The position numbers were made by a program, and so were the translations under genes. Below the pieces are notes generated by a model. It had not been told where the DNA came from. It ran no database searches and saw only the letters and a program-made list of their open reading frames with translations. A stretch of 64,000 nucleotides of DNA from Camelus ferus (Eukaryota). Each line of letters opens with the position of its first letter. Within the stretch, counting starts at the first letter, position 1. Where the stretch lies: assembly GCF_009834535.1 (NCBI RefSeq), contig NC_045696.1:97652001-97716000 (forward strand). The letters are read 5' to 3'. Shown here piece by piece: positions 50,403 through 63,900 of the stretch.

Positions 50403-50531
50403 GGGGAGATGCTACCTGGCTTCAGGAAGACACGTGTAATATTCAGGTCAGTAACCAGGTCAGCATGGAAGCTTTAGTCTCCTGGGTAGAAATACTACGC
50501 GTGTCTTCCTAAAGCCAGGCAGCATCACCCC
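50403..50531. repeat. Inverted repeat with 41-bp arms (36/41 complementary) and a 47-nt spacer
   Basis: Arm 50403-50443 aligned by hand with the reverse complement of 50491-50531. Confidence 0.9.
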
Positions 50532-53500
50532 AAGGTAGCTGATAGAGAAATCAGGTGCTATTCAAGTTGTGTGCTTCCTTGGACTGAGGGAGTGGGGAGG
50601 TCTGGAAGCTCTTCCATTTTCCATGTCCCACTCATGGCACCAACAGTTACATTGCTTAAAAAAAAATTAACTCAAATACTCATTTTAGTCTCCTTTTTTT
50701 TGGAAAACCTAAGTGTCTCTGCCTGTCCTACCTTTTAGAATCCTCTCCCAACCCACAGACCTTCTCATACAGTCTCCTCCTGCAGCTCCTGCCTCCCTGG
50801 TTAGAACTCAGTAATACCTGGTTAACACTTATTCCATGGCGCTTATCAGCCTCCTCCAGGTGGCAGAGTTATTTAAGCAGCTCAAATAATTATTTATGTA
50901 GGTAGGGTCCCCACAAATCTCTGTCCTTCTAAATAATATTAACCAGGATGTATTTGGTTCTTGATAAGTCTCGATTATTGTCCTAAGTGCTTGATATGAA
51001 TTACATCATTTAATTACCTTAACAACCCTATGAGGTACATGATATTGTTATACCCTTTATACAGATGGGAAAAAATAAGCACAGAAACTTGCCCAAGGTC
51101 ACACTTTCAGGCGGTTAGGATTCAAGCCCACGCGGTTTGATTCCAGAGTCTTTAGTCCGCTGTGATGTTCTGCCTTCCTATTATTGGGTGTCATCCTCAT
51201 GGAGTTAAACATGTGTCTATGGAATTGAATTAAATGAGAATTGGTGGGAAAGAATGCAGGCCATGGATAACCACTGTATATTTTTATCCTACAATGACTG
51301 GGCCATGATTTCAGGAAAATACCTGCCAATGAGACGTGGGAAGATGACTGAAGATGAGAAGAGTCACGTACAGTGGGAAGAACTTTGAGTTTAAAGTCTT
51401 TGTAAGAAACCTCCTGTCCTCTGTGTTATGGGAGACTTATGTGACTTTCAAGGTAGCTTTCGAATATAAGCAACTTTCATCTAAGGTGGGGTTTTGGAAA
51501 TCAGTCTGCCTCTCTGCATCTCAAATCTGCATCTTTTATGTCCTCCCGTCCCTTAGCCCCCTCTATATTTATTAAAAAGGGAGGTAAATATCCAAAGAGT
51601 ATTTCAGAACAGGAAAAATAAACATTAAGATGCTTCAGGCCGAGAGATCTTTTGTGCCTTCTAACAATTGAGCCCTCCTAGGCTCTTTGAAGGTCTTTAA
51701 AGGATGGGTGTCCTTGAACCTGTCTGTTAACCCACTTGTTCTTCTCTCCTCAGGTCTCTTCCTCAAGCTCACGTACAGCTCTTTTCCCCTTCAAGTCTCT
51801 CATTCTAATGATGCTACTTTGTCCTTCAAAAACTCTACTATGTCCCACTGCTCCATCTCTCCAGTTATGCCTCTGCATTTCTCTGAATGCTGGCTGAGAG
51901 TTTCCAAAGGATCTGGCCCCATGCTACGAGCAAGAATGAACGTCAGTCCTCTCGTTAACAGTTCAGATACCCCTCCCATCAGAATGTGTCCCCGTGGCGC
52001 AAAGCATTACGTTCCTGTAAAGGTATTTATTTGCCTTAGTGGCATGAATTTAATCTGGTCCTTGAGGAACTATAGGCACATTCTTCCTCACCAATGGACT
52101 GAGTGACATGGCCTTGCCTGCCATTGTCATAAGAGAAGTCACACGGGCTGTCAGTGGTCTCTTTGCCACCCTTTCTAATTGATGCCAACTCTCATATGTC
52201 AACTTCAATTAGTTTGTTTTGATATGAAGTTCCTTAATAGAATTGGTGGTACTGTGTGTGTGCGTGTGTGTGCGCGTGTGTGTCTTCTCACAGTGGGAAT
52301 GATATTCATCTTACCTTATATAATTATAAAGAGACCCTGGGGCCTGAGTTGTTAGCCCTGGGATCAGCCTCCAGGAGCATCTAGCCACGCCCCTACCCTG
52401 GCCCACCTGAGTCCAGGGGGATTCTGAGTAACTCCTTTGGCCACTCCATAGGAAATCACTGCTGTCTCTCATGGCTGATACAGGACTATCTCTCTCCCTG
52501 CCGTGAAATGCCTTACCCACCTGCTATTCATAGTCCATCTTTTTTTGACGCTTCCTGGAACTATTTTGAGGGATGATGGTCTGAGTGATTTCCCCCATCT
52601 AGAGCACCAGCCATCTCATTGCCCTTTTTCAATTCAGAATATAGGGTCCACCAACCCCCATCCTCCTTGAATCTACAGACAGCATCCTCCTCCAGACCTA
52701 ATGACCAGCAAAGGGAGGCCCCTGCCACACCAGGATTACACAGGAGGGCTGGTCACGCCTAGGAGTTTCCCTTTGTCATGACAGGGGGACCTAACATGCC
52801 TGCAGGAGGGACATGAAGCTACCTGTTAGTCACCACCTCTCAATCATGTTCTGAGGCTTAGCATGGTAATTAAGGGCTCCATATCACACTGGGCTTGCTG
52901 TAACCTTTGTTCCATTCTTGACATTTGTAACAGGCTTCCTTTTTTTTTCAACTCAGATAAGAACCCATGACACATGTATTTGTAAGCAAATTGCCTTTTT
53001 TAAAAAAGAGCTTGGGATGTCATCGACTAAGAAATCCATCCACAGAAAACCAGTTTTAACTACTCATCAGAAAGAGCTAAAATGTAACAGTGTTTTCTAC
53101 CTGTGTCTGAGATTGAAAGCTAGGGACTAGTGACCTTGACTGGAAGTTTAGGGTCGTTGCTGTCACGGAGTACGGAGCACAGGTGATTATCTACCCGTAA
53201 AGACTCAGCATCAGACAAGGCAAGAGAGACAGCGATGCTGCTCACTGCCTGTTGCTCGCACAGTAAGGTCTGGACCCGGGACCAGATAAGACAGCCGGGT
53301 AAACTGACTTCATCAAGGGCTATTCAAAGGCTGTATCTTACATGCCTATCACACAGCCTTCTGGAAGGAAAAACAAATGAACAAACCTCACTTCCCCATT
53401 TGCCCTGAGAACCCCAGACTGCGCTGCTGCTCTCTCCCTATGCAAATCTCCACGTGGAAAATACTTGAGATGCCAGTTAGGCCTATGAATACACAGACGA

Positions 53501-54368
53501 TGGCAGCTTAGGAAGAGACGTAGGTTATATTGCTGCTAAAAATAAGATGAGCAAGCCACGCCTCAAGATGACCAGAAACCACGGAGTCTAATTGCCTCAG
53601 TGTTCCCTAATAAAAGTCAATTACTTCCTTCTCTTTAATTGCTTATTAATCTTTGAAGCCTTCACTGATTACTGAAGGTTGGACGGAAAAATGTCATGTG
53701 CCTCGGCTGGCAGAACACGCCACATGCAGTAAGATGATTCGAACAGAAAAACCTTTCTAATTAAGACTTGAGAGAAAAGTGTGTCTCAAGCATAGGAAGA
53801 TACAATTGGCAGCTTTCAGATCCCAAGGGGTTGCATAAGCCAAGACTTGAGCTTATTATTGAGTGATTTGGATGCAGTTATAAAAGCTAAAATCTTTTTT
53901 TTTTTTTGAGAGGTACTGCTTTTAATAAAATTCTAAATTAACTTTGATCCTCTTACTCCTAACAGAGAAGTTGGAATGTGCTGTTCAACAGAATCAAAGT
54001 ACACATGTTAAAATCTTAAGATACAAGATTTTTTTTTGGCTTTCTATTTTTCAGTAGTGGAATCTTCTTGTCACTTTTATTCTGCGTTACTTCCAAAGAA
54101 ACCTCCATAGGAAGTTAAAGATTTAGGAAAACCATGGTTACAATCATCCGAACCGGCATACAGACTTACTAACATATGTTTTCGATACCTTCTGAAAATA
54201 TATTGTGCATGGCTAAGTAGCTAAAATGTTTAAATTATTTTAAAAGGCTCAGTTACTTCTCTAAAGTCACATAAATAGTAAATCTGGATTCAAACCCAGG
54301 CATTTTGGATGTAACACTTGTGCTCTTAACCACTCAGTTGTATATGATTTCTTTGAAAATGAGGTGCA

Positions 54369-54391
54369 TGCACACACACACACACACACAC
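54369..54391 (+). repeat. (CA)n microsatellite
   Basis: Direct reading. Confidence 0.9.
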
Positions 54392-54409
54392 AGAGAATAA
54401 TTTAAAAAT

Positions 54410-54597
54410 TTAGTATAGCACAGGGAACCATATTCAACATCTTGTAGTAACTTATGGTAAAGAAGAACATGAGAACAAATGTATGTATGCTCTATATGAC
54501 GGAAGCATTGTGCTGTACACCAGAAATTGATATAACATTGTAAACTGACTGTACTTCAATAAAAATAAATTAAAAATATAAAAAAATTAAAAAAATT
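54410..54597 (+). mobile_element. L1 3' end
   Basis: gtatagcacagggaaccatattcaa...tgtgctgtacaccagaaattga...aactgactgtacttcaataaaa. Confidence 0.85.
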
Positions 54598-55611
54598 TGT
54601 GTACAGAATTGGATAAAATTTAGATGAACTATAGATGACTGTTCTGAAAGCTGATATTAATTAATAATTAATTTGGGGATAGAATCTGTGAATTATCTCT
54701 GTAATAACCAACAATTATCTATTTTTTTCCTGAACTTCCGTGATTCTTATTTTACTTGTGAGATATAGTCTTTATGTTTTGAAATGGGACTCCATACGCT
54801 CTTCTCTAGTTATTTTAAAAGGCAGTAATGACTGCCATTATAAATGTCATTGAACTTTGAAGTGTTACTGACTTGGTGCAGATGACTCTGATTCTAAGGT
54901 AAAACCACAGAAGGCATATGACTTCCGGGGATGATAAGGTCTAGAGATAAGGTCCCAGGAGAACATCCTTATAGATAGAAATTCAAAATAGTTACAACAA
55001 ATTGTGAGATAACTCAGTACCGCCTGCTTTTAGAGATTCTTTTCACTTTTCTACTATCACAGTCTGTGAACTTGACCCATTTTGTCTTCCTTGGGCTGTT
55101 AAGGCAGTACTGAGGGAAAAAAATTTCAAACTATATGAAATATAAGCAGATAGCCAACAAAAACAAAAGTCCACATTGTGTAATGTGTGTTTAAGCTTAT
55201 TGTTTGCTGTGGAAATGAAATTACTGTTTATGAATAAAATCGCAGTCTCCTTCTTACCTTTCCCCGGTCCTAATTTCCTCCTCCCCTCTCTAGAGTAAAT
55301 GCTACCACAGATCTCGCATGTGTCTTAAGTTTATGTTTTCATATAACTTTCTGTTTTTATATGTAATGGCAAAAAGTACATATAATATTTTTCCTGTTAT
55401 TTTTAATACTTTTATATAAATATTATGTTATACATCCCTTTTTGCTTCTTTTTTATTCACTATTACTTTTTAAGATCTAATCATGCTGATGTATAGTTCA
55501 TTCATTTAAACTGTTGCATGAGGTTACCACACCACCTATTACTAATGCATTTTCCTGACCATGGCTATATAGAATGTTTCTAATTTCTCCCTTTTAAAAA
55601 ATATGTTTTTT

Positions 55612-55732
55612 GGGGACGGGTATAGCTCAGTGGTAGAGTGTGTGCCTAGCATGCACAAGGTCATGGGTTCAATCCCCAGTACCACCATTAAACTAACTAA
55701 ATAAATAAAAAACTAATTACCCCCCCAAAATT
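55612..55732 (+). mobile_element. tRNA-derived SINE (camelid Vic-1-like)
   Basis: tRNA-like head (tagctcagtggtagag A box, gggttcaatccc B box), tail aataaa...ctaattacccccc. TSD aaaaatatgttt at 55597-55608 and 55733-55744. Confidence 0.85.
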
Positions 55733-56646
55733 AAAAATATGTTTAAAAATATCTTTGCCTTGATTATGTATCCTTATGAATACAAGAGAAAATTTTTCTT
55801 GAGTATGTACCTAGAAATGGACATGCCGAGGAATAAGGTATGTGCATTTTCAGTTTTACTAGAAGTTTGCAAATTGTTTTTCAAAGTGGCCGATCTAATT
55901 TACACCTTGTCAAAAGTATATAAAAATTTTGTTTCTTCACCAATATTCAGACTTTTAAGATTTTGTTAATCTGAGGGATATAAAATGATATCTCAAAACC
56001 TAACTTTATTTTAAATTGAATATAAAACCACTACATAATTAGCACTATTATAAGTGTAAGGTATTATGAAATGAGAAATAGGAATTTCAATCACTTCTTG
56101 CTCAGATTTTCCTATGCTTTACATTCTGATGACTTTTGGCAACCAAAAGGAAATATATGAATTTTCTGCTAAGAACATATATAAGTGAATATTCAGTTAG
56201 AATCTAGCATAAAACTAAATTTTTTTTCAAATGAAATAAAGTAAAATATATTCATCATAGAAACATTAGAAAATGTAGAATGCAATAAAGAAAAAAACAG
56301 AAATCACTCATAATCTCTCCGCCTAAGACGAGCTCTGAGAGCTGTGTTATGGGTCTTTTGGTCTGCACATTCAAACCCGGAGAGAGTTTTTCCCCTCACA
56401 CAATTGATATCATAAGCATGTTGTTTTTAAATCTATATTTTCAATCAAACCATGTATTGTAAGCTTTCCCCAAATCATTAAATACTCTTATAAAACATGA
56501 TCTTTAATGACTATGTATGTCTCCATCAGGTAAAGGCAACACACTTTATGTAAAGAATCCCCTAGTGTTGGACATCTCTGCTTTTTCTTTAGGATAAATC
56601 CTTAGAAGCAGCACTCCTGGAGTAAAGGGCAAGAATGGTTTAAAGG

Positions 56647-56935
56647 CAGAGTCAGCAAACTTTTTCTGTGAAGGACCAGTAAATATCGCAGGCTTTGTGG
56701 GACATACGGTCTCTGTCGTAACTCTTGTAACGTGAAAATGGCCAGAGAAAATAAGTAAATGAATAAGCATGGCTGTGTTTCAATACGTCATTATTATGGT
56801 CAGTGAAATTTGAATTTTGTGTAATTTTCATATGTCACAAAAAGTTATATCTTTCAATTTTTTTTTCCCAACCATTTGAAAATGTAAAAACCATTCTCAT
56901 GGGCTGTACAGAAGCAGCAATGGTCATGGTCTGCC
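56647..56935. mobile_element. MER58B-like hAT element
   Basis: gtcagcaaactttttctgtgaagg..ccag..taaatat..caggctttgtggg..catacggtctctgtcg...aaaatgtaaaaaccattct. Confidence 0.82.
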
Positions 56936-57828
56936 AGAGATCTTAACCTCAGATTCTAATAGAATATCAGACTGGATGAACCCTTACAAATGAATTAGTA
57001 CAACTTGCTCCTCTTAAATATTAGAAAATGAGGACTGAGTAATTGACAAAGTTGTTTGCACTATTTATGTATACTCAGAGCGTCAATAGTACTGACTCAG
57101 ACAACAGTATCAACTTCTTCTGAAGTCAGTTAAAAAAATATGTTTATTGCGCTGTACACCAGAAATTGATGCAACGTTGTAAACTGACTATAGTTCAATA
57201 AAAAATATATATACAAAAAAAGAGAGATGTTTAAACTAGGTAAATGGTATGCAGGATTTCTCAGTTATTTCTTACAATTACCTAGACATCACATCCTGTG
57301 TAGAAAGAAATTAGGAAACAGCCTTGCCCTCTAAATAGCATTTCAAAACGTTTCATTAGCAGTCCACTAGTTTTTTGACGTAGAAACAAATGCCTGTAAG
57401 AGTAATCACGGAGACGCCAAAATACCAAAGAGTGCTAAACAAATTCACATCCACTTAGAAATGTGTGCCATTGAACGTGCAATGACTTGAGTCATCATCC
57501 TTTATGAAGTCTGTTACAGGGAAGCTTTACAGCTAATCTTGCCATTAGATAAACCTTGTCAATGAGGGCCGCTCCCAAGGCTCTTGACTACCAGGGAGAT
57601 CTCTATGCTGTTTCGGTGTTAGCATCAGGATGGTACTTTGCACTGTAGGAAGATACCCTGTGACTAGATTTCACGTGGCAAAGGCAGGGATGGAGAAAAC
57701 TTGTTAGTCCCTGTAGAAATGTCTCTAGTGGGACCCACCCCAATTCCAAACCATTTGTGAAGGAAATAAAATGCCAGGTGCCTTATCAGTCTTGGAGCTC
57801 CTAACTGTCCCGTATAGTTTGGAGGGTA

Positions 57829-57980
57829 TTTTTTTTTTTTTTTTTTTGGAGAAGGAGGTAATTAGGTTTATTCATCTGTTTAATTTATTATTATTACTTT
57901 TTCATGGAGGTACTGGGGATTGAAATTAAGACCGCATGCAAGCTAAGCACGCACCCTACCATGGAACTATACTCTCCCCT
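57829..57980 (-). mobile_element. tRNA-derived SINE (Vic-1-like)
   Basis: ggtaattaggtttatt...ggaggtactggggattgaa. Flanking repeat tagt(t/c)tggag at 57815 and 57982. Confidence 0.8.
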
Positions 57981-59386
57981 CTAGTCTGGAGCTTGAATAT
58001 AATACACCAAGGTCTCATGCACAAAAGGGGGGCTTTACACATTGATTATAGTGTCTCAGGTCTCACTGTTCCCTGGAGTCTAAACATTGATTTAAGAACT
58101 GATTGATCAACAGATGGATCTATTTAGCAATTGAATGATTTATTCACCATCCAACAGTCACTGAATACCATCCATAAACCCTGCCCTGGGCTAAGCACTA
58201 AATCTAGTTAGAAAACCCCATTTTGGGAAGACATGGAAGTATTCGATGTTCTGGCTCTAAATGTGGCTTATCAACAGTGATAAGATGGTAGAAAGTGACC
58301 CAAGTATGTCCTGAAGTTCTCTAGAGCCTTCCAAAACTGCATGCACAGTCATCTCTGTGAGGATTTCCTGTATGGATGGGGAGATATTTTACATCTATAC
58401 AGAGGTGCAGACTTTTTTTTTTTTTTTTTTTACAAATTTTTATAATTTACTTCATTTAAACCTTTCAGCCCTCTCTTAGGGCCTTACAGAATGAATGTTC
58501 TTTAACATATTTGACCCTGAGGGCCAACAGATTTAAAGAAGGTGAGGGACTTGCTGATACTTACCCAAGTTTGCGAGGCAGCCAGCCATTCAAGCCAACA
58601 GTACAGTATAGTAGAAGCAAAATGTGGGCTTTGGGTTCAAACTGTCCTGAGTTTGAATTCTGTGTTTGCATTTCTAATCAAGACAACGTAAGCCAATTAT
58701 TCAGCCTTCTTGAGTCTCAGTTTTCTTATCTTTAAATGAGAAAATCACCCATTACATTGAATTGTTACGAGGACTCAATGAGAAAATATGTGTCAAAAGC
58801 TTGGTACACAGTAGTGAATCAGGAAAAAGTTAGTTTACGTGCCCTTACTTTTTCTCCTGCCTCTTAGAAGGAGGCTACTGAAGGTTCAGGCTTTCTATTT
58901 TTGAGTCAGAAGGATGAATTTACGCTTTGCTTTGTGCCCGCGGGGCATGACTTGGTGAGCCAACTGGAGGAAGAGGGCGGTGGCGTCAGGGGTTCTTAGC
59001 ATCCACAGTACAAGATTCATTTGTCCCCTTTTCTCTGGTGTGGGCCTCTGTCTGCCACTGCACTTGCTTGCCCTCTTGTCCAGACACCTCTGTTTTATTT
59101 TCTCTGGAGCACTGCTGACCAATAGAACTTTCTATAGTAATAGAAATGTCTTATAGCTATACTTTCCAATAAGACAGTCATTAGCTACATGATGCTTAGG
59201 TAACCTCCAGTTGGGGTGGGGTAAGCTCAATTTCCTAGCTGCTTACACAGGTTTGATCCCATCATGCTAATTTCAACCTGGCCCCTCTACCCTCACCTGC
59301 ATAGATGGGTTCCCACATCTGTGGGAACTGGGGAGATCCTGTGGGGTAAATTGCTTTAGGGCTCAGGTTCCCCACCGCAGGCTCAG

Positions 59387-59808
59387 TGTTGTGATGAATT
59401 GTGTCCCCCCAGATTTCATATGTTGAAGTTCTACCTCCAGCATCTCAGAATGTGACCTTACTTGGAAACACGGCCTTTGTTAAGATGAAGTCATTAGAGT
59501 GGGTTCTAGTCCAATATGACTAGTGTCCTTATAAAAAGGGGACATTTGTACACAGAGACATGCACACAGGGAGAACGCTGTGTGAAGATGCAGGCAGAGA
59601 TTCCACAGGTCAAGAAACTCCAGTGATGGCCAGCAAACCACCAGAAGCAAGGAGAGGGACCTGGAACAGCCTATTCTTCCCAGCCCTCAGAAAGAACCAA
59701 CCCTGCCCACACCCCGATCTTGGACTTGCAGCCTCCAGAGCTGTGCGAAGATAAATTTCCATTGTTTAAGCCACTCAGTTTGTGGTACTTTGTTACAGCA
59801 GCCTAGGA
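59387..59808 (+). mobile_element. MLT1B/C MaLR LTR
   Basis: tgaattgtgtcccccc...atatgttgaagt...ctcagaatgtgacctta...tttaagccactcagtttgtggtactttgttacagcagcc. Confidence 0.88.
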
Positions 59809-60770
59809 TTCAGCTTTCTCCTGTCTGCATCCTCCATTGCCACTTGTCCTGCTGTAGTGCTTTTATGCTTTTTAGCTGTTGTCTCCTCTCTTGTTCTCCA
59901 CATCTTTGTAGCCATATGCCTTAAAAAACGCTAACAACAACAAAAAACACTCTTGACTGTCATGTAAGTGAGGATTTAGGAGGGTTGAGACTGGCTGTTT
60001 GCTATCATTCCTGGAAGTCTGGATTTTTTGTTTAAAGTTTTCTTTTTCCCAGTTTGGGATTTTAAAACTTCTTATTTGCAAACACGAGTCTTTCCTTGTC
60101 CCCTCAGCATTTTCTTTGAGAAACAATATGCCCTTGTGGAGAAAAAGTAAAATTTCTCCCAAGGGGCTAAGTACTGCTTGGAAAGAAGGAAGTCAAGTCA
60201 TTTTTAGGGGAGAGATGTCTCCACCAACATCTTTCTTCTATTTAAAATAGTTGAAGTTAAAGCTCCAGATGTACGGGGGTGGCAGAAGAGTGAGAGAAGG
60301 TTGGAACATTCCATTTTTGCTTAGACAAGATGCTCCTATCACTCAGGAAGGAAGTTCGGACCTATAAATCTGATAAATGATTGCTGCAATGTCTATTTAG
60401 ATGGCAATTACACAAAATTGCAAGTCAGGAAGAAAAGCAAGGCTATGACATGTATTTAAAAGCTGTTTGATGGAGGCAAGATTCCAGGTTGAATAAGAAA
60501 TAAATGCTTAAGTGGCTCAGATTTCATCTTGGGGATTTCAACCAACAGAACAGCAGGGATTTTCCAGGTTAGAGCAGAAGAACTGAAGTTTTTATTTTAC
60601 ATAATAAAAATCAAAATCTACAAAGGACTAAAGAGAATTTACTTCATCCTCCCTTCCTTGTTCCCATCTCCCATACAGCAAGCAGTTTCTCATTGGCAAT
60701 TCAGTCTAAATAAATGCCATTATCCTTTATACAAGTCTTCTGAATAATAGTGATACTAAAAGATTATACA

Positions 60771-61210
60771 TTTTTTTATTGAAGTATAGTTGATTTACAA
60801 TGTTGTGTTAGTTTCTGGTGTACAGCAAACTGATTATGTTATACATATATTCTTTTTCATTATAGGTTACTATATGATATTGAATATAGTTCCCTGTGCT
60901 ATACAGTAGGACCTTGCTGTTTATCTATTTCTTACATAGTAGTTTGTATCTGCAAATCCCAGACTCCTAATTTATCCCCTCCCCTACCTCCCTCCTCTGG
61001 TAACCATAAGTTTGTTCTCTCTGGCTGTGAGTGTGTTTCTGTTTTGTAAATAAGTTCATTTGTATCTTGTTTTTTTAGATTCCACATATAAGTGGTAGCG
61101 TATGATATTTGTCTTTCTCTGTCTGACTTACTTCACTTAGTATGATCATCTCTAGGTCCATCCGTGTTGCTGCAAAAGGCATTATTTCATTCCTATTTAT
61201 GGCTGTGTAA
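60771..61210 (-). mobile_element. L1 3' end
   Basis: ttattgaagtatagttgatttacaatgttgtgttagtttctggtgtacagc...tctaggtccatccgtgttgctgcaaa. Confidence 0.9.
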
Positions 61211-61224
61211 ATGATTATATGCAT

Positions 61225-61525
61225 CGAGCATTAATATGCTTCAGATTTCCACTGCCGAGTAGCAAAACACACCAAAACTCAGTGGCTTCAAACAACTTTA
61301 CAGTTCTGAATGTTGGATGGGCAGATGTTCTGCTGGTCCCACCTGGCATTCCCTGCACAGCTGCATGCAGCTGGCCAAGTGCCTGGGGACCAGGCCCAGC
61401 TGAGGGTCTGGTCCACTGCACCTCTGTTCTTCATGAGGCTGACTTGGGCTGCCTCACAGCATGGCAGTCTCCAGCCTTCCCAGAAGGATCATTTTAACAG
61501 GAAAGGAGTAGAAAACTGCCAGTAC
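61225..61525 (-). mobile_element. MLT1 LTR fragment
   Basis: ccaaaactcagtggcttcaaacaac...gggctgcctcacagcatggcag. Confidence 0.6.
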
Positions 61526-61530
61526 TCTTT

Positions 61531-62075
61531 CTTTTTTTTTTTTAATAGATTTTATTGTTTTAGCGCAGTTTCAGGATCACAGCAGAATTAAGCAGAAAAT
61601 ACAGAGAGTTCGTACATAGCCCTCCCCACCCACACATATATATTCTCCTACCCTCAACACCCCACATCAGTGTGGCATATTTGGTACAACTGATGAACCA
61701 ACATGGGCACATTATTATCAGCCAAAGTCCATAGTTTACACTAGGGTTCACTCTTGATGTTGTGCATTCTATGGGTTTTGACAAATGCATAATGACATGT
61801 AGCTACCACTATAGTATCATACGGAATAATTTCATTGCCCTAAAAATCCCTTGTGCTCCATCTATTCATTCCTCCCTCCCTCCCTCTCCCCAGACCCCTG
61901 GAAACCACGATCTTTTTATTGTTTCTGTAGCTGTGCCTTTTCCAGAATGTCCTTTGGTTGGAATCGTACAGTTTGTAGCCTTTTCAGACTGGCTTCTTTC
62001 ATTTAGTAATATGTCTTTGAAGTTTCTTCTATGTCTTTCACAGCTTGTTAGATCATTTCTTTTTTTCTTTTTTAC
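61531..62075 (-). mobile_element. L1MC-type 3' end
   Basis: ccaaagtccatagtttacactagggttcactcttgatgttgtgcattctatgggttttgacaaatg. Confidence 0.82.
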
Positions 62076-63759
62076 TGCACATATAATTTTAAATTTACAT
62101 ATATGTACTGTTCATTGGAAAACTGCTAGTACTCTTAACACCTGGGCCTAGAAGTCCCAGAATATTCTTTTCACTGCATTCTGTCCGTTGTAAGTCAGTC
62201 ACCCTTAAACTTTTCCTCAGTTGATCTTGATACTTGCTGAAGGTCATCTCCATAGTAGGATTTCAGTAGATTCACCATGTACAAAATTGTATGTCAATGT
62301 TTTTCATGTTATTTTAAATAGGGAAAAAAGCATTCTGAGCTCAGCAAAATGGAGACTATTTCGAAGGATACTTAATAGGTATATCAGCCAAATTAATAAC
62401 TTCCACAGCAAAAACCAAATGTGCCACTTGCATCCAGTCAGAGTTTTAAAATGTGCCTTCATGCAAGTGTTAGAAACTGGAAAAAAACAAACCCCACCAG
62501 GCCAGCCGAGATGCAAGGGGAGGGAAACAGACTTCACTGCTTTTGTGAGGGGCAGCTGTGTGTACTGGGGCGGGAGGAGTTATTTGGAGGCTGTATTTAG
62601 AGACTATTCATCACAGACAGTCACTGTGCTTCTTTCATATGTATTATTTTATTTAATCCTTGAAATAACCCTATCAGATAATTTTTTTTCCATTTAGTAG
62701 TGACAGACTTGACACTACTTGTCTCTAATTCTTAATGCTCAACCAAAGCCAGGGCTTCTTCCAGACCAAAAGATATCTTGCCCTTTTCAGCAACTTTGAA
62801 GGCAGAAAGAATTCCAGAGTTAGTTAGAGAGCTGTAGGTCTGAATCAGACTCTTCCTTTCTGGGAGCAAGTCTTATCTTTCAGTCTAGAGAACATTATCT
62901 GTAAGTGAGAATTGGAGGGTCTCATTTAAAGGGTTCTGGCAAGGATTAAAATAAACCAAAATATAACGAAATAAACCCCATAGGATTGGGAAAGAGGGAC
63001 AGTGGTTTTAAAAACTGGGATTAAGGGGTCAAAAATACTTTTATATGCCTTTCACTAGCATTTTTTTAATGAATCATATCCATTGGAAAACATTTTATAA
63101 AAAAGATAAATAAAAATTGAGGGTGGTTTAGAAAGTCTATTTCAGTTCTTTATTGCTGCGTGATAGACCACTCTCAATGTTCATGCCTTAAAACAACAGG
63201 TTATTATTCCTCACAGATGTGTGGATTCGCTGGGTCAAGAAATCCTTCAGGATTTATTGCTGTGATTATCTTCAGAAAATACAACCTGCCACAAAGTCCT
63301 GTGTAGATTCCTTGTAATTAATATCACAAAGCAGTGTTTTTTATGACCCCTCCCTCTGTTGCCTCGCCTTATTTTGGCAGATTCCATCACCTGTTATATC
63401 CTTGATCAGGAAAAACTTCTGAGAATCAAAAGGGGTCTAACGTCCTAATATTACAGTGACGAATCTCTTTCAGGTGCCTACAGACGTTCGTAGACAAGAT
63501 TGGCTGATTGGCTAACTTCTTCAGAAATCTGCCTCTGACTCCCTATGTGTCCTTGGGAAAATGACTTAACCTCCTTGGACTTTAGCTTTTTTTCCTGGAA
63601 AACCGGGGAGGGAGGGTTGGACTAGATGGTCTCTAAAGTGCTTTCCATAGCTAACATTTTTTCATTAGAAAAAAATCTTTGGGCACTGTACAAGGGAAAA
63701 GTATTTCATCATCTAATTTTTGCAGACTCCTCAGAGGTTAAGAGAATATACATTATTTG

Positions 63760-63900
63760 TATATATATATATATATATATATGTATTTTAAATTGAAGTA
63801 TAGTCAATTTACAACATCATGTCAATTTCTGGTGTACAGCACAATGCTTCAATCATACATGGACATACATATATTCGTTTTCATATTCTTTTTCACCATA
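63760..63900 (-). mobile_element. Short L1 3' end with (TA)n tail
   Basis: attgaagtatagtcaatttacaa...tttctggtgtacagcacaa. (TA)n at about 63760-63782. Confidence 0.8.

Noticed and set aside
55612..55685. Possible tRNA gene
   Set aside because: Has a SINE tail, TSDs and diverged sister copies.
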